Of a stretch of DNA of 64,000 bases, positions 50,208 to 61,146 are shown piece by piece (the stretch's first letter is position 1; each line of letters starts with the position of its first letter). Origin of the DNA: Verrucomicrobiia bacterium DG1235 (GTDB lineage Bacteria; Verrucomicrobiota; Verrucomicrobiia; Opitutales; Opitutaceae); contig DS990592.1 of the NCBI GenBank assembly GCA_000155695.1, positions 2,082,635 to 2,146,634 of the forward strand, read 5' to 3'. The translations under genes and the position numbers were made by a program. Below the pieces are notes generated by a model. That model had not been told where the DNA came from. It did not search any database and saw only the letters and a program-made list of their open reading frames with translations.

Positions 50208-51974
50208 TTATCTCAAAAACCATACAAGCGTCGCCACCTCAGCCACGAGCAAAGCTCCTGCAACCAGTTTCCAGAACAACGCTGGATTTCGCTCAATAAA
50301 CGGACCGGCATTCTCCGGAAGGAATTTGGGGTTCGGGTGCTCCAGATCGTATTCGAACTCAGAATACGACTCGTAGCGTAGCTTAGGATTATAGCTCACC
50401 GCCTTGCGAATCGCCCCGTCCAGCCAAACCGGAACGTGCGAATTGTACTTCGTCGCCGGCACATATTCGAGCACCGCGAAATCCCGCACCGACTGACAAC
50501 GCTCGTACTTCTCCCCATACGGAAGCTTACCCGTCAGCATCTCGTACACAATCACCCCGAGCGAAAACATGTCGGACTTCCGCGTCGGCTTTTTACCCAG
50601 AAAATACTCCGGAGCGCTGTAGCCGAGCGTGCCAAGCGCCTGCTCCCGTTCGAAGGGCGTGTCAATTTCCTGGATACCCGCCACATGCGTCGAGCCGAAA
50701 TCGATGATCACTGCGCCACGCGTCGGGTGTAGGATCACGTTGCTCGGCTTCAAGTCCTGATGCAACATCTCCATCCGATGCATGACCCGCAGCCCTTGCA
50801 GGATTTCTCGAGCAATCGTCGTCACTTGACGAGTATCGGGATTCGGATTCGACTCGATCCATTTGTCCAGAGATTCGCCTTCTATGTATTCAAGAATCGT
50901 GTACAGAAAGTTCTGCCCCTTCGGCGGGCTAAACGCTGCAGCGAGCCGCTCATGCTGCAGCTTCTTGCCAATCCAGCCTTCCATGATAAAACGCTCGATG
51001 TAGCCCTTGTCGTCCTCAAAGTTCACCGACGGCGTCTTCATCACCACAAAACTGCCGGACTCCATCTCTCGAGCGAGATAGGTCTGGCTGCGGCTCGTAG
51101 CCTGAATCTCCTTCTCGATCTCGTAGCCGTCCAATTTCATGCCGGGCGCCAGATCGGGCGGAAACGGCAGTCGCTTGAAATTCCGCTCGTGCTCGCGCTG
51201 ACTGGCCGCGCCAATGCCCTGTACCGCAACCAATATCGCCGAACAATTGTCGTTGCTCTTCATCCCGAGAGCGATTTGGCAAAGCTCGGAACAGGCCGCG
51301 TCAAACCCTCCTAGCTTCGCCTTGCCAGCGACCGCCTTCAGCGTCTGCTGCGCCACGAATTCATGAACTCCATCAGTCGTCAAGAGATAGCGATCTCCAA
51401 GCTCGAGTGGAAAGCTCGACGTCTCGATATCAAGCCCTGTATCCATTCCCATGGCACGAGCCAAACCCGTTCCGCCCTTGCCATAGCTGAACGAATGGTC
51501 ACGCGTTAGCTGCTCGAAAGAATCCCCACGCAATCGATAGATTCGCGTATCTCCCACATGAAAAATATGACCGCTCTCACCCTTGAAAATCAGCGAGGTC
51601 ATCGTCGTCACGTAACCTCGACCATTGCGGGAGTTACTCTGACCTAAGCCAAAAAGCCAACGGTTCAGCGACTGCATCACTTTGATTCCGCATGTAGCCA
51701 CCGTCCAAGCCTCCGGAGCGTCGTAGTAGTCATTGAGAAAGCCTTTCACGCAAATCTCAGCAGCCTCCTTGCCTGACTCCGCCACGCTCACTCCGTCAGC
51801 GATCACCATCGCCACCCCTTTCGAGCTGAGCTCCGCGCCCTCAGGCACACGCACGCCAAGACAGTCTTCGTTCTGCTCGTTCGGACCAGCAACACTTGCC
51901 ATGCCGGCTTCGATCTTAAGGGCGGATTTTAATTGCATGGGGCTGGAAGGGCACAGCGATAAAGGATCAGTCAT
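50208..51974 (-). CDS. Bifunctional PP2C-type Ser/Thr phosphatase / Ser/Thr protein kinase fusion with C-terminal TM anchor
   Basis: N-terminal PP2C features (MVIADGVSVAESG, LLLTTDGVHEF). Central Hanks kinase (VMKTP, HQDLKPSNVIL, DFGST, GTLGYSAPE). C-terminal hydrophobic helix (LVAGALLVAEVATLVWF). Confidence 0.75.
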   Translation of the reverse strand: MTDPLSLCPSSPMQLKSALKIEAGMASVAGPNEQNEDCLGVRVPEGAELSSKGVAMVIADGVSVAESGKEAAEICVKGFLNDYYDAPEAWTVATCGIKVMQSLNRWLFGLGQSNSRNGRGYVTTMTSLIFKGESGHIFHVGDTRIYRLRGDSFEQLTRDHSFSYGKGGTGLARAMGMDTGLDIETSSFPLELGDRYLLTTDGVHEFVAQQTLKAVAGKAKLGGFDAACSELCQIALGMKSNDNCSAILVAVQGIGAASQREHERNFKRLPFPPDLAPGMKLDGYEIEKEIQATSRSQTYLAREMESGSFVVMKTPSVNFEDDKGYIERFIMEGWIGKKLQHERLAAAFSPPKGQNFLYTILEYIEGESLDKWIESNPNPDTRQVTTIAREILQGLRVMHRMEMLHQDLKPSNVILHPTRGAVIIDFGSTHVAGIQEIDTPFEREQALGTLGYSAPEYFLGKKPTRKSDMFSLGVIVYEMLTGKLPYGEKYERCQSVRDFAVLEYVPATKYNSHVPVWLDGAIRKAVSYNPKLRYESYSEFEYDLEHPNPKFLPENAGPFIERNPALFWKLVAGALLVAEVATLVWFLR

Positions 51975-52048
51975 ACGAGAGTCTCAAATACAAAAACGGA
52001 CGCCCTAAACCAAGGCGCCCGCTGCTTGCTTTGATCAATGAAATAATA

Positions 52049-53518
52049 CTAGGCGACCTCGATTTTCTGCACCGTGCCGTCATCAAGAATCTCGACCGTA
52101 TGGCCCGCTGGCTCCTCAAGAAAGAATGAAGCCGTAAATGCCAGCACGGACGAAGCGCCGATCACCATGAAGAAAGTCGAGGCGTCCACAAAACTGTAAA
52201 TAGTCAGAAAAGTCACCGCTCCCACGTTTCCATAAGCCCCTACCATGCCGGCGATTTGACCAGACAAGCGACGCTTCACCAGCGGAACGATCGCGAAGAC
52301 CGCTCCTTCTCCAGACTGAACGAAAAACGAGCAAAGCATCGTGGCCATCACCGCGAACACGATCGGCCAGGAACTGTTGACCATGCCCATCACGAAATAC
52401 CCGACAGCCAACCCGCAAATAAGAATCAACATCGTGACGCGACGTCCAAACTTATCGGATACAAGCCCGCCAAGAGGACGAGCAAGCAGGTTCATCAAAG
52501 CGAACCCGCCACCGAACAGACCCGCCATCTGAGGCGACAAGCCAAAGGTATCCATAAAAAATCCTGGAAGCATGGATACAACCGCAAGCTCGGATCCAAA
52601 GGTCACGAAGTAGTTGATATCGAGAATAGCGACCTGCTTGAAGCTGTAGCGCTGATGCTCGTCCACGCCGTGACGCAGCATATCGCGATTTACCTTATAG
52701 ATCGAGGTCGTCTGCGCCACGAACAGAACCGCTAGAATCGCGTAGACAATATAAGTCGCGCTCTGGGAGAGCAACGCTACGCCCGACGGCGAAAGCTTCC
52801 ACGCCAGCACCGCAAGACAAGCGTACATCGGTATCGTCATGCCGATCAGGAAATAGAAATCCCGCTTCGAGCTAACTTCCAAGCCGCCAGACTTCTTTGG
52901 TTTGAAGTAAGTCGATCCCTTCGGCGTATCACGCGCCTTCCAGAAATAGAAGATGCCGTAAAACGCGGCGATCACACCCGTCGTCAGCACCGCGTAGCGC
53001 CAGCCGTCCGGACCTCCGTAAAAGAGCATCAGAGAAGGAAGCGTCCACGCCGCTGCAGCCGAACCGAAATTGCCCCAACCTCCGTAAATGCCTTCCGCTA
53101 AGCCCACCGTCTTCGCCGGAAACCACTCCCCGATCATGCGAATCCCAATCACGAAACCCGCCCCGATGAAGCCCATGAGCAGTCTGGCAAACGCCAGCAT
53201 CTCGAAACTGCTCGCCATCGAGAAAAACAAGCACAATCCCCCCGCTGCCAACAACAAGCCGCTGTACACATGCCGTGGACCAAACTTGTCGACCAGCATC
53301 CCGATCACGATCCGAGACGGAATCGTCAAGGCCACGTTCAAGATCAAGAGCGCCTTCCACTGCGGCACCGTCATGTCAAACGACGTCATGATGGCGTCAC
53401 GCATCGGAGCGTGACTGAACCACATCACGAAGGTCAGGAAAAACGCGAACCAAGTAATGTGCAAAGTGAGGATCCTTGGATCCGAGAGCTTGAAGATGTT
53501 GAGTTTGCTTTGAGACAT
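52049..53518 (-). CDS. narK: MFS nitrate/nitrite porter (NNP family, NarK-like)
   Basis: 489 aa. 12 TM helices. NNP signature-like [10 protein letters not shown]. Confidence 0.75.
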   Translation of the reverse strand: MSQSKLNIFKLSDPRILTLHITWFAFFLTFVMWFSHAPMRDAIMTSFDMTVPQWKALLILNVALTIPSRIVIGMLVDKFGPRHVYSGLLLAAGGLCLFFSMASSFEMLAFARLLMGFIGAGFVIGIRMIGEWFPAKTVGLAEGIYGGWGNFGSAAAAWTLPSLMLFYGGPDGWRYAVLTTGVIAAFYGIFYFWKARDTPKGSTYFKPKKSGGLEVSSKRDFYFLIGMTIPMYACLAVLAWKLSPSGVALLSQSATYIVYAILAVLFVAQTTSIYKVNRDMLRHGVDEHQRYSFKQVAILDINYFVTFGSELAVVSMLPGFFMDTFGLSPQMAGLFGGGFALMNLLARPLGGLVSDKFGRRVTMLILICGLAVGYFVMGMVNSSWPIVFAVMATMLCSFFVQSGEGAVFAIVPLVKRRLSGQIAGMVGAYGNVGAVTFLTIYSFVDASTFFMVIGASSVLAFTASFFLEEPAGHTVEILDDGTVQKIEVA

Positions 53519-53772
53519 AGCGAATGAGTTTTACCAACGACACCCGCAAACGGACTGCCGATAGCCCCATTCAGCTACGCCCATGCCAACAACGAAAGCT
53601 GCTTAAATTAATCCATTTCAATTTTCTGAATAGAAACTGAAATTTTCTTCATACATCACTTTCCACAGAGAGAAGGATAGGGTGTGATCCCCGATGTTTT
53701 CTCCCAAATAAACTCCGCTTCGCCGGCAGTCTTCTTCAGCCTATCACCCGCGATTGCTTCGCTTTGATCAAC

Positions 53773-54591
53773 TCAAACAATCTTTGCCTTCTTTCGCTCT
53801 TCCTTCTCCTTCTCGCAATCATCGAGAAACTGAAGCAAACGGCGACGGTACTCGTAGAAGTCAGCCGTCTCCATGATCTCCTCCCGATCTCGAGGACGCT
53901 GAAAATCGATCTCCATCACCTCCCCTACCTTCGCGCCAGGACCATTGGTCATCATGCAAATTCGGTCCGACATGTAGACTGCCTCGTCCGGATCGTGCGT
54001 GATCATCATCGTCGTGATCTTCTCGAAATTCAGAATGTTCAAAATCACGTCCTGCAGCTCCATCCGAGTCAGTGAATCAAGACGGCCAAACGGTTCGTCC
54101 AGCAGCAGCATTTTCGGACGCAGAGCAATCGCTCTAGCAATCCCTACCCGCTGCTGCATCCCCCCCGACATCTCGCGCGGATACTTATGCATCGAATCCT
54201 TAAGACCCACCGCGCACAGCGAATACTCCACCATTTGATGGCGCTCCTCTTTCGTCGCATTCGGAAATACCTGCTTCACACCCAGCATCACGTTTCCGTA
54301 CGAAGTCATCCAAGGCAGCAAGCACGGAGCTTGGAATACCACCGCCCTATCCGGTCCAGGTCCCGTCACCTCACGTCCGGCCACGATCACGCCACCCGAA
54401 CTTATCGGGATCAATCCTGCCACCATGTTGAGCACCGTCGACTTGCCGCAGCCGGAGTGTCCGATCACGCTGACGAGCTCGCCTTGCTTCACGAGCAGAT
54501 TAAATCCGTCCACCACCCTGATCGCCTCGCCAAAAGGATTCGGATAAGCCTTCACCACCTCGAAGAGTTCTACATATCTGTCTTCAATCAT
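53773..54591 (-). CDS. nrtD: ABC transporter ATP-binding protein, nitrate/sulfonate/bicarbonate (NrtD/CmpD-like) family
   Basis: 272 aa. Walker [18 protein letters not shown] signature, Walker B LLLDEP. Confidence 0.8.
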   Translation of the reverse strand: MIEDRYVELFEVVKAYPNPFGEAIRVVDGFNLLVKQGELVSVIGHSGCGKSTVLNMVAGLIPISSGGVIVAGREVTGPGPDRAVVFQAPCLLPWMTSYGNVMLGVKQVFPNATKEERHQMVEYSLCAVGLKDSMHKYPREMSGGMQQRVGIARAIALRPKMLLLDEPFGRLDSLTRMELQDVILNILNFEKITTMMITHDPDEAVYMSDRICMMTNGPGAKVGEVMEIDFQRPRDREEIMETADFYEYRRRLLQFLDDCEKEKEERKKAKIV

Positions 54592-54606
54592 CTTGGTCTG
54601 TCTCCG

Positions 54607-55476
54607 TTATTTAACTACGACTGAAGTGCGCGTCGGCGGCATAAAATCATAGGGTTGGATGTCTGGCATCTCGATCGAAGTGTCGACCTTGAGATCCTTC
54701 GACTCCTTGTTCATTCCCACCAAAAAGCGAGTCACCGAATTCTTCAGCTTCATAAACTCGGGATTCTTGTTCAAATTCGCCCGGTCTCGCGGACGCTCCA
54801 TCGTCACCGGAAACGGTTCCGCCAAAGTCGCTCGAGGACCTATCGTCAGCGGTACGATCCTATCCGCCATCAGTGTCGCTTCGTCCACGTCGTTCGTGAT
54901 CATCACCACCGTACGCTTATCCTCTTCCCAAATCCGGATAATCTCGTCCTGCAACACCGCCCGCGTCAAAGCGTCCAAGGCGCTCAATGGCTCGTCGAGC
55001 AAAAGCACCTCCGGCTGCATGGCCAAAGTCCGCGCCAGCGAGACGCGCTGCCGCATCCCGCCAGAAAGCTCGTGCGGATTCTTTTCAAGCGCTGGCGTCA
55101 GGCTCACCATCTCCACGTAGCGCTCTACATGCTCCTTCGTCTGGGCCTTCGAGAAATCCGGGAAGACTTGCCTCACCGCCAATTCGATATTCCCAAACAC
55201 CGTCAGCCACGGGAGCAAAGAGTAGTTCTGAAACATAATGCCCAGACGCGGTCCTGGCTGATCCACTACAGAACCATGCAAGCGAACCTCTCCCTTGTCC
55301 GGCTTCTGCAGTCCGGAGAGCAGCGACATCAGCGTGCTCTTCCCACTTCCCGAAAACCCAATAATCGCCACGAACTCGTTCTCCTCCACGGACAGATTCA
55401 CGTCCGTAAGAACTTCCGTACGATTCGAAGGAGGCCCGAACCCAATCGATACATTATCTAATTCTAAATATGCCAT
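54607..55476 (-). CDS. nrtC: ABC transporter ATP-binding protein, NrtC-like (ATPase domain only)
   Basis: 289 aa. [23 protein letters not shown]. Confidence 0.8.
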   Translation of the reverse strand: MAYLELDNVSIGFGPPSNRTEVLTDVNLSVEENEFVAIIGFSGSGKSTLMSLLSGLQKPDKGEVRLHGSVVDQPGPRLGIMFQNYSLLPWLTVFGNIELAVRQVFPDFSKAQTKEHVERYVEMVSLTPALEKNPHELSGGMRQRVSLARTLAMQPEVLLLDEPLSALDALTRAVLQDEIIRIWEEDKRTVVMITNDVDEATLMADRIVPLTIGPRATLAEPFPVTMERPRDRANLNKNPEFMKLKNSVTRFLVGMNKESKDLKVDTSIEMPDIQPYDFMPPTRTSVVVK

Positions 55477-55517
55477 ATTCTGCCCTTCTTGCTCTCAGTT
55501 TAAAGTATTCAAAACCT

Positions 55518-57146
55518 CTATACCGAAGTGCCACCGCCGTCGAAGGAAACGAAGCGTTGCAAGATGATCATCATCCGATCCAAGAAGAAACCGATGATCC
55601 CGACCACGAAACAGACCATAATGATGTTCGCAAAGGTAAGCGAAGAACCGTTCTGGTACTCGTCCCAAACGAACTTGCCCAAACCGTCCGAAGACGACAA
55701 CGCCTCCGCCGCAATCAGCACCATCCACCCCACTCCTAGAGAAATGCGCAGACCTGCAAACACCAGCGGCAAGGCCGAAGGAATAACGATTTTGAACAGG
55801 CGACTCCAAAACCCGAGACGCAACACCCGAGCCACATTCACATGATCCTGGTCAATCGAAGCCACACCAAGCGCCGTATTCACCAAAGCTGGCCATACCG
55901 CGCACATCGCCACCGTACAGGCCGAGAAGATCAGTGCCGGATTGATCTCGAGCGACGAGATCAAAGGCAAACTGTTGAGAAAATTCAGCATCGCGTGATT
56001 CTCCGGATCCGGAAAAAACGCCCCGACCACGATCTGAAAAATCAAAAGCCAAACCACCGGGGAAACCGGCTTAAAAATCGATATAATCGGCGTCATGCAC
56101 GCCATGAAGATCTTGTTCAATCCACACATGATCCCCACTGGGATCGCCACAAAAGCTGCCATGAAGAAACCTACGAATACCGTGAATATCGAACGCTTGG
56201 TCTGGTGATAAATAGTGACAGCTGAAGCGTACTCCTGCCCTTGCAATCGCTCTATCCCCTCCTCCGCCTTGACCGCTCGCTTCGCGATCTTCAGCGCGTC
56301 CTTCGCCGAGTTTGCCACGGCGAGCTCTTCCATATACTCGTCGAGCTTCACCTGCGCCTCGTCGAGTTTCACATTGAGGTTGCGATCGTCGAGAAACTCG
56401 AGACGCGTCTTCATAAAAAATTGCTTGTCAGCCACGCTATCATACCGCTTGCGGGCCAAGTCGAGCGGCTTGTATTTCTGGGACCGGATCTCGTCGATGC
56501 GCGACTTGTAGCTATTCAGCTCTTCACGCTCCGTGTCCGAGGCAATTCCATCCGCTCGAATCGCCGCGATCAAAGCGCTGGCGTTCGCCCGCCCCGCAGC
56601 TACCTCATCCGAAATCCGGGCTATCTCGGCATCGCGAGCCTTCCCTGCAGCCCTGTATTCAGATTTCAATGCATCATATTCCGCTTCAATCGGAGCGATC
56701 AGATTCGCTTCCCGCGACGACTTCTCAGCCTCCATCTCCGCCACTAGGGCCTTCAATTCCGCCACCTCCTTGGAAAGGACCGCGTAATCCTTGGCAACCT
56801 CCTCCAATGCTGCTTCTCGCTCCTCACCGCTCAGCTGAAAGTCGCGTTGCTTGACCGCTTCACGATCCGCTATCGTATCGTTGATCTGCACCGACTCCCA
56901 GACCACGTCCGGAGTTGGCACTTCCCCGGACTTCGTCTTGTGGCGAGGTCCAGCCCACGACCAAAACCAGAAACAAACCAGCACGAATGCCGCTGGTATG
57001 AGCAGGTACTTAATGATCGCCTTGAATTGCTTCTGCGGCTCTTCGCCGAAAACCAGCCGGATAACCGGGTCAAACGCAGTAAAACCGCTCACATCGAGCG
57101 CCTTGAGGATCTTATACTTTATTTTGTCCTTCGTGGAATCAGCCAT
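55518..57146 (-). CDS. nrtB: ABC transporter permease (NrtB/SsuC-like) with ~250-aa N-terminal TM + coiled-coil extension
   Basis: 542 aa. C-terminal ~270 aa form a typical BPD-transporter inner-membrane domain. N-terminus has one TM, then a long E/A/K/R-rich helical region. Confidence 0.7.
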   Translation of the reverse strand: MADSTKDKIKYKILKALDVSGFTAFDPVIRLVFGEEPQKQFKAIIKYLLIPAAFVLVCFWFWSWAGPRHKTKSGEVPTPDVVWESVQINDTIADREAVKQRDFQLSGEEREAALEEVAKDYAVLSKEVAELKALVAEMEAEKSSREANLIAPIEAEYDALKSEYRAAGKARDAEIARISDEVAAGRANASALIAAIRADGIASDTEREELNSYKSRIDEIRSQKYKPLDLARKRYDSVADKQFFMKTRLEFLDDRNLNVKLDEAQVKLDEYMEELAVANSAKDALKIAKRAVKAEEGIERLQGQEYASAVTIYHQTKRSIFTVFVGFFMAAFVAIPVGIMCGLNKIFMACMTPIISIFKPVSPVVWLLIFQIVVGAFFPDPENHAMLNFLNSLPLISSLEINPALIFSACTVAMCAVWPALVNTALGVASIDQDHVNVARVLRLGFWSRLFKIVIPSALPLVFAGLRISLGVGWMVLIAAEALSSSDGLGKFVWDEYQNGSSLTFANIIMVCFVVGIIGFFLDRMMIILQRFVSFDGGGTSV

Positions 57147-57254
57147 TGTCGTAAGGGAGAAAGGTGTTGACTAAGCTTATTGAAAAGGAGGCGAGCGAAC
57201 CGGCTTGTGCTGGTTCGATCGCCCCCGACTAAACTATCTACCGCAACTCAAATT

Positions 57255-58601
57255 CTAGTCCTTGTTTCCGATGTCGTGAGAATTCAAATACCCAATTGGA
57301 TCCTTCGGATCGTAGAGGATCCCGTCGATGAATTCATCTGTAGCAGGTTTGTAGCCATCCGTTTCCCAAGGAATATCTTCCTCCGAAATATAACCTTCTT
57401 CGAGCAGGTGCTTGGCCGCCTCTAAGTATACCTCCGGAAGGTAAACTTCCTTGGCCACCTCGTCGTACCACTCCGCTGGCTTCGGCTCAGTGATCTGTCC
57501 CCAACGACGCATCTGGGTCAGGAACCATACCCCGTCACTGTACCAAGGATAGGTGCTGTGGTACTTGAAGAAGACATTGAAGTCCGGCATCTCGCGCTTG
57601 TCCGTCTTCTGAAAATAGAAGTAGCCGGTCATCGAATTCTTGATGACGTCAAAATCCGCCCCCACGTAATTCGGCTGCGAGAGAATACGAACCGCCTCCT
57701 CGCGGTTAACCAACGTTCCGTCACCATCCGTCTCGTCCAGCCACTTGCCAGCGCGTATCAAGGCCTTGACTACGGCGATGTGAGTATTGGGATTTTCCTC
57801 CGCCCACTTGGCGCTCACTCCGAAAACCTTCTCAGGATTGTTCTTCCAAATATCGTAGTTGGTCGTCACCGGCACGCCGATGCCCTTGGCCACCGCTTGC
57901 TGATTCCAAGGCTCACCCACGCAATAGCCGCTGATGTTACCGCTCTCAAGCGTCGCCGGCATCTGAGGCGGAGGCGTCACCGAAAGCTCCACCTGAGCAT
58001 TCGTGAACCCTTTCTTGTCTTCCGAAGTGTAGTAGCCGGGATGAATTCCCGAAGCGGCAAGCCAATAGCGAATCTCGTAATTGTGAGTGGATACAGGGAA
58101 AACCATTCCCATCTGCAGCTTCTCTCCCTCCTCCAGCATCTCCTCGACGATCGGAGCAAGCGAGTCTGCGCTGATCGGATGCTTCGGCGTATCCGTGTCC
58201 AGCTCCGGATCGTTCTCCTGCATCTGCTCCCAGATCGCGTTGGAGACCGTGATTCCATTGCCGTTCAGATCCAAGGTGTACGCCGTAACGATGTGCGCCT
58301 TGGTGCCAAAGCCGATTGTCGCCGCGATCGGCTGACCGGAGAGCATGTGAGCTCCGTCAAGCTCGCCATTGATCACGTTGTCCAGCAACTGCTTCCAGTT
58401 CGGCTGAGCAATCACGTCGACCTGCAAGCCTTCGTCTTCAAAAAATCCCTTTTCCTTCGCGATTACGATCGGAGCGCAATCGGTGAGCTTGATGAAGCCG
58501 AACTTCAGCTCGTCCTTCTCAAGATCAAGTTGCTCGCCATGCAGCGAGGTGAGCGCAAGTGCTGCGCCGGCGGAGGTTACCCATTTCTTCAGGTTCATCA
58601 T
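57255..58601 (-). CDS. nrtA: ABC transporter substrate-binding protein, NrtA/CmpA-like (nitrate/bicarbonate family), secreted
   Basis: 448 aa. Signal peptide. NMT1/NrtA-like fold features. Confidence 0.75.
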   Translation of the reverse strand: MMNLKKWVTSAGAALALTSLHGEQLDLEKDELKFGFIKLTDCAPIVIAKEKGFFEDEGLQVDVIAQPNWKQLLDNVINGELDGAHMLSGQPIAATIGFGTKAHIVTAYTLDLNGNGITVSNAIWEQMQENDPELDTDTPKHPISADSLAPIVEEMLEEGEKLQMGMVFPVSTHNYEIRYWLAASGIHPGYYTSEDKKGFTNAQVELSVTPPPQMPATLESGNISGYCVGEPWNQQAVAKGIGVPVTTNYDIWKNNPEKVFGVSAKWAEENPNTHIAVVKALIRAGKWLDETDGDGTLVNREEAVRILSQPNYVGADFDVIKNSMTGYFYFQKTDKREMPDFNVFFKYHSTYPWYSDGVWFLTQMRRWGQITEPKPAEWYDEVAKEVYLPEVYLEAAKHLLEEGYISEEDIPWETDGYKPATDEFIDGILYDPKDPIGYLNSHDIGNKD

Positions 58602-59000
58602 TCTGGTTACTTTTCCGGTAATTAGGTTAGGCGTTCAATGTCCTGCAGCGTAGTCACAATTCTGATACAATAATTAACGATCAGCTCGAAACCGCATCTA
58701 CCCGACGACCTTGATTTAGCCTCCAGCGTGCCAAACCCGATTATCCTAACTTAAAAATCGCCTTCCTACCCTGCTCAAAAACCAACCCGACGGCACTTAA
58801 TCCACTTCCAAGCAAGGCTTTGCAAAACAAGAACCACTCTTTCTTCATTATTATAATTTTTTATTTAAATTACTTACCATGAAAACTATTCATATTGAAA
58901 ACTACTCATTTCCATAGAACGAAAGTAAGATTGAGCGAATGATGAAAATAGCTCCTGGGCAAAATCAAGCATACGAGACTCATCGACCTCGTAACGGGAC

Positions 59001-59030
59001 AAAAAAAAGACCCACCGAACGGGTGGATCC
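59001..59030 (-). terminator. Rho-independent terminator after the cytoplasmic NrtA-like gene
   Basis: Reverse strand: ggatccacccgttcggtgggtc + tttttttt. Confidence 0.5.
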
Positions 59031-59058
59031 TAATCGTCTAAAAATCGTCTTCGCTGAA

Positions 59059-60159
59059 CTACCGAGCGAAAGAGCCGCTCATAGCGGCATCGTACATGTC
59101 CGCCCGCAAAACGTTTCTCGCGAGATCAAGCTGAACCACGTTGAGTTTCTGAGCGCAGCTCAAACCCAGCCGCTGCAACACCCAATCCGTATCCGTCGCC
59201 GTCGGGCGCGTCGACTCCCTTTCCTGGAAACGGAGAAAACCGGGCCTGTTCTCAACTCGCCCCAATCCGTAGTTGAAAGTTGGCGACAAACATTGCTCAA
59301 GCAACTCGACCGGACAATTCACCCGTTTCTTATCGCTGAGCAGGGTGGCGATGCGCAAGCGCTGAGTCGGATCCTCGCAAATTCCGCAAGCTTCGACCAG
59401 GGCGGCAATCATCGCTGAGCTTTCCTCATCGTGCTCTTCCGCAAAGCTTTGCTTCACCATTAGCACCTTCTCGGGATGGCCGGGACTCAAGTCCTCAGAA
59501 TTCACCGGAGACCAGCCAATCTTGTCGCTTATCGCCCGACTCGCCCAAGGCTCCCCCGCGCAAAACCCGTCGATAGTGCCAGCCGCCAGATTTCGACACA
59601 TCTGAGCGGGAGGGAGCGTCACGAGCTCGACATCCGCATCCGGATCTATGCCCGCGGAATCAAGCCACTCACGCAGATGAAAATTGTGCGGGGAACAGGA
59701 ATAGACAGTGGCGAACTTGTACTTGCGAAACGCTTTCCGGTTTTCCACGTCCATCTTCAGCGTCTCCTTGTTCTTCACTCCGCGATGACGCAGTTCTTCA
59801 GACAGAACAACCGCATTCCCCCCTCTGCTCAATACCATGCCCGCCACGCAAGGGATCACCGGCGAACCAATTCCCAAAGTCGCCACAAACGGCAGCGTAC
59901 TCAGAGCATGAGCCGCCTCGAGCTCACCAAACAAAACCTTCTCGCGAATGCTGGCCCAGCCTACTTCACGGCTCAAAACCACATCCAGACCCTTGCTCTC
60001 AAATATGCCATAGTGCTCAGCCACCAGCAAAGGCGCCGCGTCGACAAGACCGATGTAGCCAATCCGAGTCGCCGTGCGGCGCTTCGAGACCAGCCTCGGC
60101 GCGCCGGCTAATCGATAATCCTTCTTCTGATCACTATCCATTCGGCTTAAAGCAGCCAC
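59059..60159 (-). CDS. NrtA-like (NMT1 fold) protein without signal peptide; possible cytoplasmic nitrate-sensing (NasS-like) protein
   Basis: 366 aa. Homologous in layout to periplasmic NrtA but lacks an N-terminal hydrophobic segment. Divergent from the LysR gene. Confidence 0.55.
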   Translation of the reverse strand: MAALSRMDSDQKKDYRLAGAPRLVSKRRTATRIGYIGLVDAAPLLVAEHYGIFESKGLDVVLSREVGWASIREKVLFGELEAAHALSTLPFVATLGIGSPVIPCVAGMVLSRGGNAVVLSEELRHRGVKNKETLKMDVENRKAFRKYKFATVYSCSPHNFHLREWLDSAGIDPDADVELVTLPPAQMCRNLAAGTIDGFCAGEPWASRAISDKIGWSPVNSEDLSPGHPEKVLMVKQSFAEEHDEESSAMIAALVEACGICEDPTQRLRIATLLSDKKRVNCPVELLEQCLSPTFNYGLGRVENRPGFLRFQERESTRPTATDTDWVLQRLGLSCAQKLNVVQLDLARNVLRADMYDAAMSGSFAR

Positions 60160-60234
60160 CTTCGCGCCAAAATGCTCTTAACCCTTGAAATCCAAATTAT
60201 TTTTATGTAACACCCACTTTAAATAAAAATATTC

Positions 60235-61146
60235 ATGCGTGAAGACATCATAGACAGCCGCCAGCTCCTGGCATTCAAGACCCTAGCGGAGACGGGAAGC
60301 TTCACTTTGGCAGCCAAGCAGCTCAATCTTACGCAGTCAGCAGTCAGCCACTCCATTAAAGCGCTTGAAGATGACCTAGGATGCCCGCTCATCAACCGAC
60401 TCGGGCGCAAAATCCACCTCACCGAAGCGGGCGACATCTTTCTCGCCGCCGCAGAACGCATTCACCAGCGCATGCAACGCGTTCGCTCGGAACTCGAGGC
60501 GCTCAGTCGCTGGGGAGCCGGTCGACTTCGTATCGGAGCGGGCACCACCGCCTGCCAATACATACTGCCCACTGTCATTCGCGAGTTCAGACAAACCTTC
60601 CCGGACTGCCAGCTCTCGATCTCCCCCAACAACGCCAAGGAGCTCATGGAGGAGCTTCGCGGAAACGAGATCGACCTCGCCCTCACCCTATCTCCGCTTT
60701 CGAGCGACGACATCGAAAGCCAATCCGTATTCGAAGATAACCTACAATTTGCCGTCGCTCCTTCCCATCCATGGGCAAGTCGAAAAGTCGCTCCCTCAGC
60801 GGAAGTCGACGACCAAACCTTCGTCACCTACAGCAAGGGCAGCCTCACCTTCGAATCCATCCGTCGCCACTTTCGCGCAGAAGGTCACTCCTTCTCAAAA
60901 GTCATCGAGTTGGGCTCCATGGAAGCTATCAAGGAGCTCGTCAAAATTGGCATCGGCGTCGGCATCATCGCTCCTTGGGTAGCCCAAAAGGAAGTCGCCG
61001 AAGGCAGTATCCACCTGCTCGCCCCCAGCCGCAAACAGCTCAAACGCACCTGGGGCGTCTGCTACCTCAAAGGCCGTCGCCTCTCCCTCATGGAAGAGAC
61101 CTTCATCGGCCTCTGCGAAAGCGTCTGCGACTGCCTAGAGCAATAA
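60235..61146 (+). CDS. LysR-family transcriptional regulator
   Basis: 303 aa. N-terminal HTH (LLAFKTLAETGSFTLAAKQLNLTQSAVSHSIKALE) and LysR substrate-binding domain. Confidence 0.85.
   Translation: MREDIIDSRQLLAFKTLAETGSFTLAAKQLNLTQSAVSHSIKALEDDLGCPLINRLGRKIHLTEAGDIFLAAAERIHQRMQRVRSELEALSRWGAGRLRIGAGTTACQYILPTVIREFRQTFPDCQLSISPNNAKELMEELRGNEIDLALTLSPLSSDDIESQSVFEDNLQFAVAPSHPWASRKVAPSAEVDDQTFVTYSKGSLTFESIRRHFRAEGHSFSKVIELGSMEAIKELVKIGIGVGIIAPWVAQKEVAEGSIHLLAPSRKQLKRTWGVCYLKGRRLSLMEETFIGLCESVCDCLEQ

Noticed and set aside
57558-58625. 355-aa Arg/Leu-rich ORF antisense to nrtA
   Set aside because: Frame artefact over a well-supported binding-protein gene.
59059-60159. Calling the signal-less NrtA-like gene nasS outright
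   Set aside because: No adjacent ANTAR (NasT) partner is present in the window; left as NrtA-like cytoplasmic protein.
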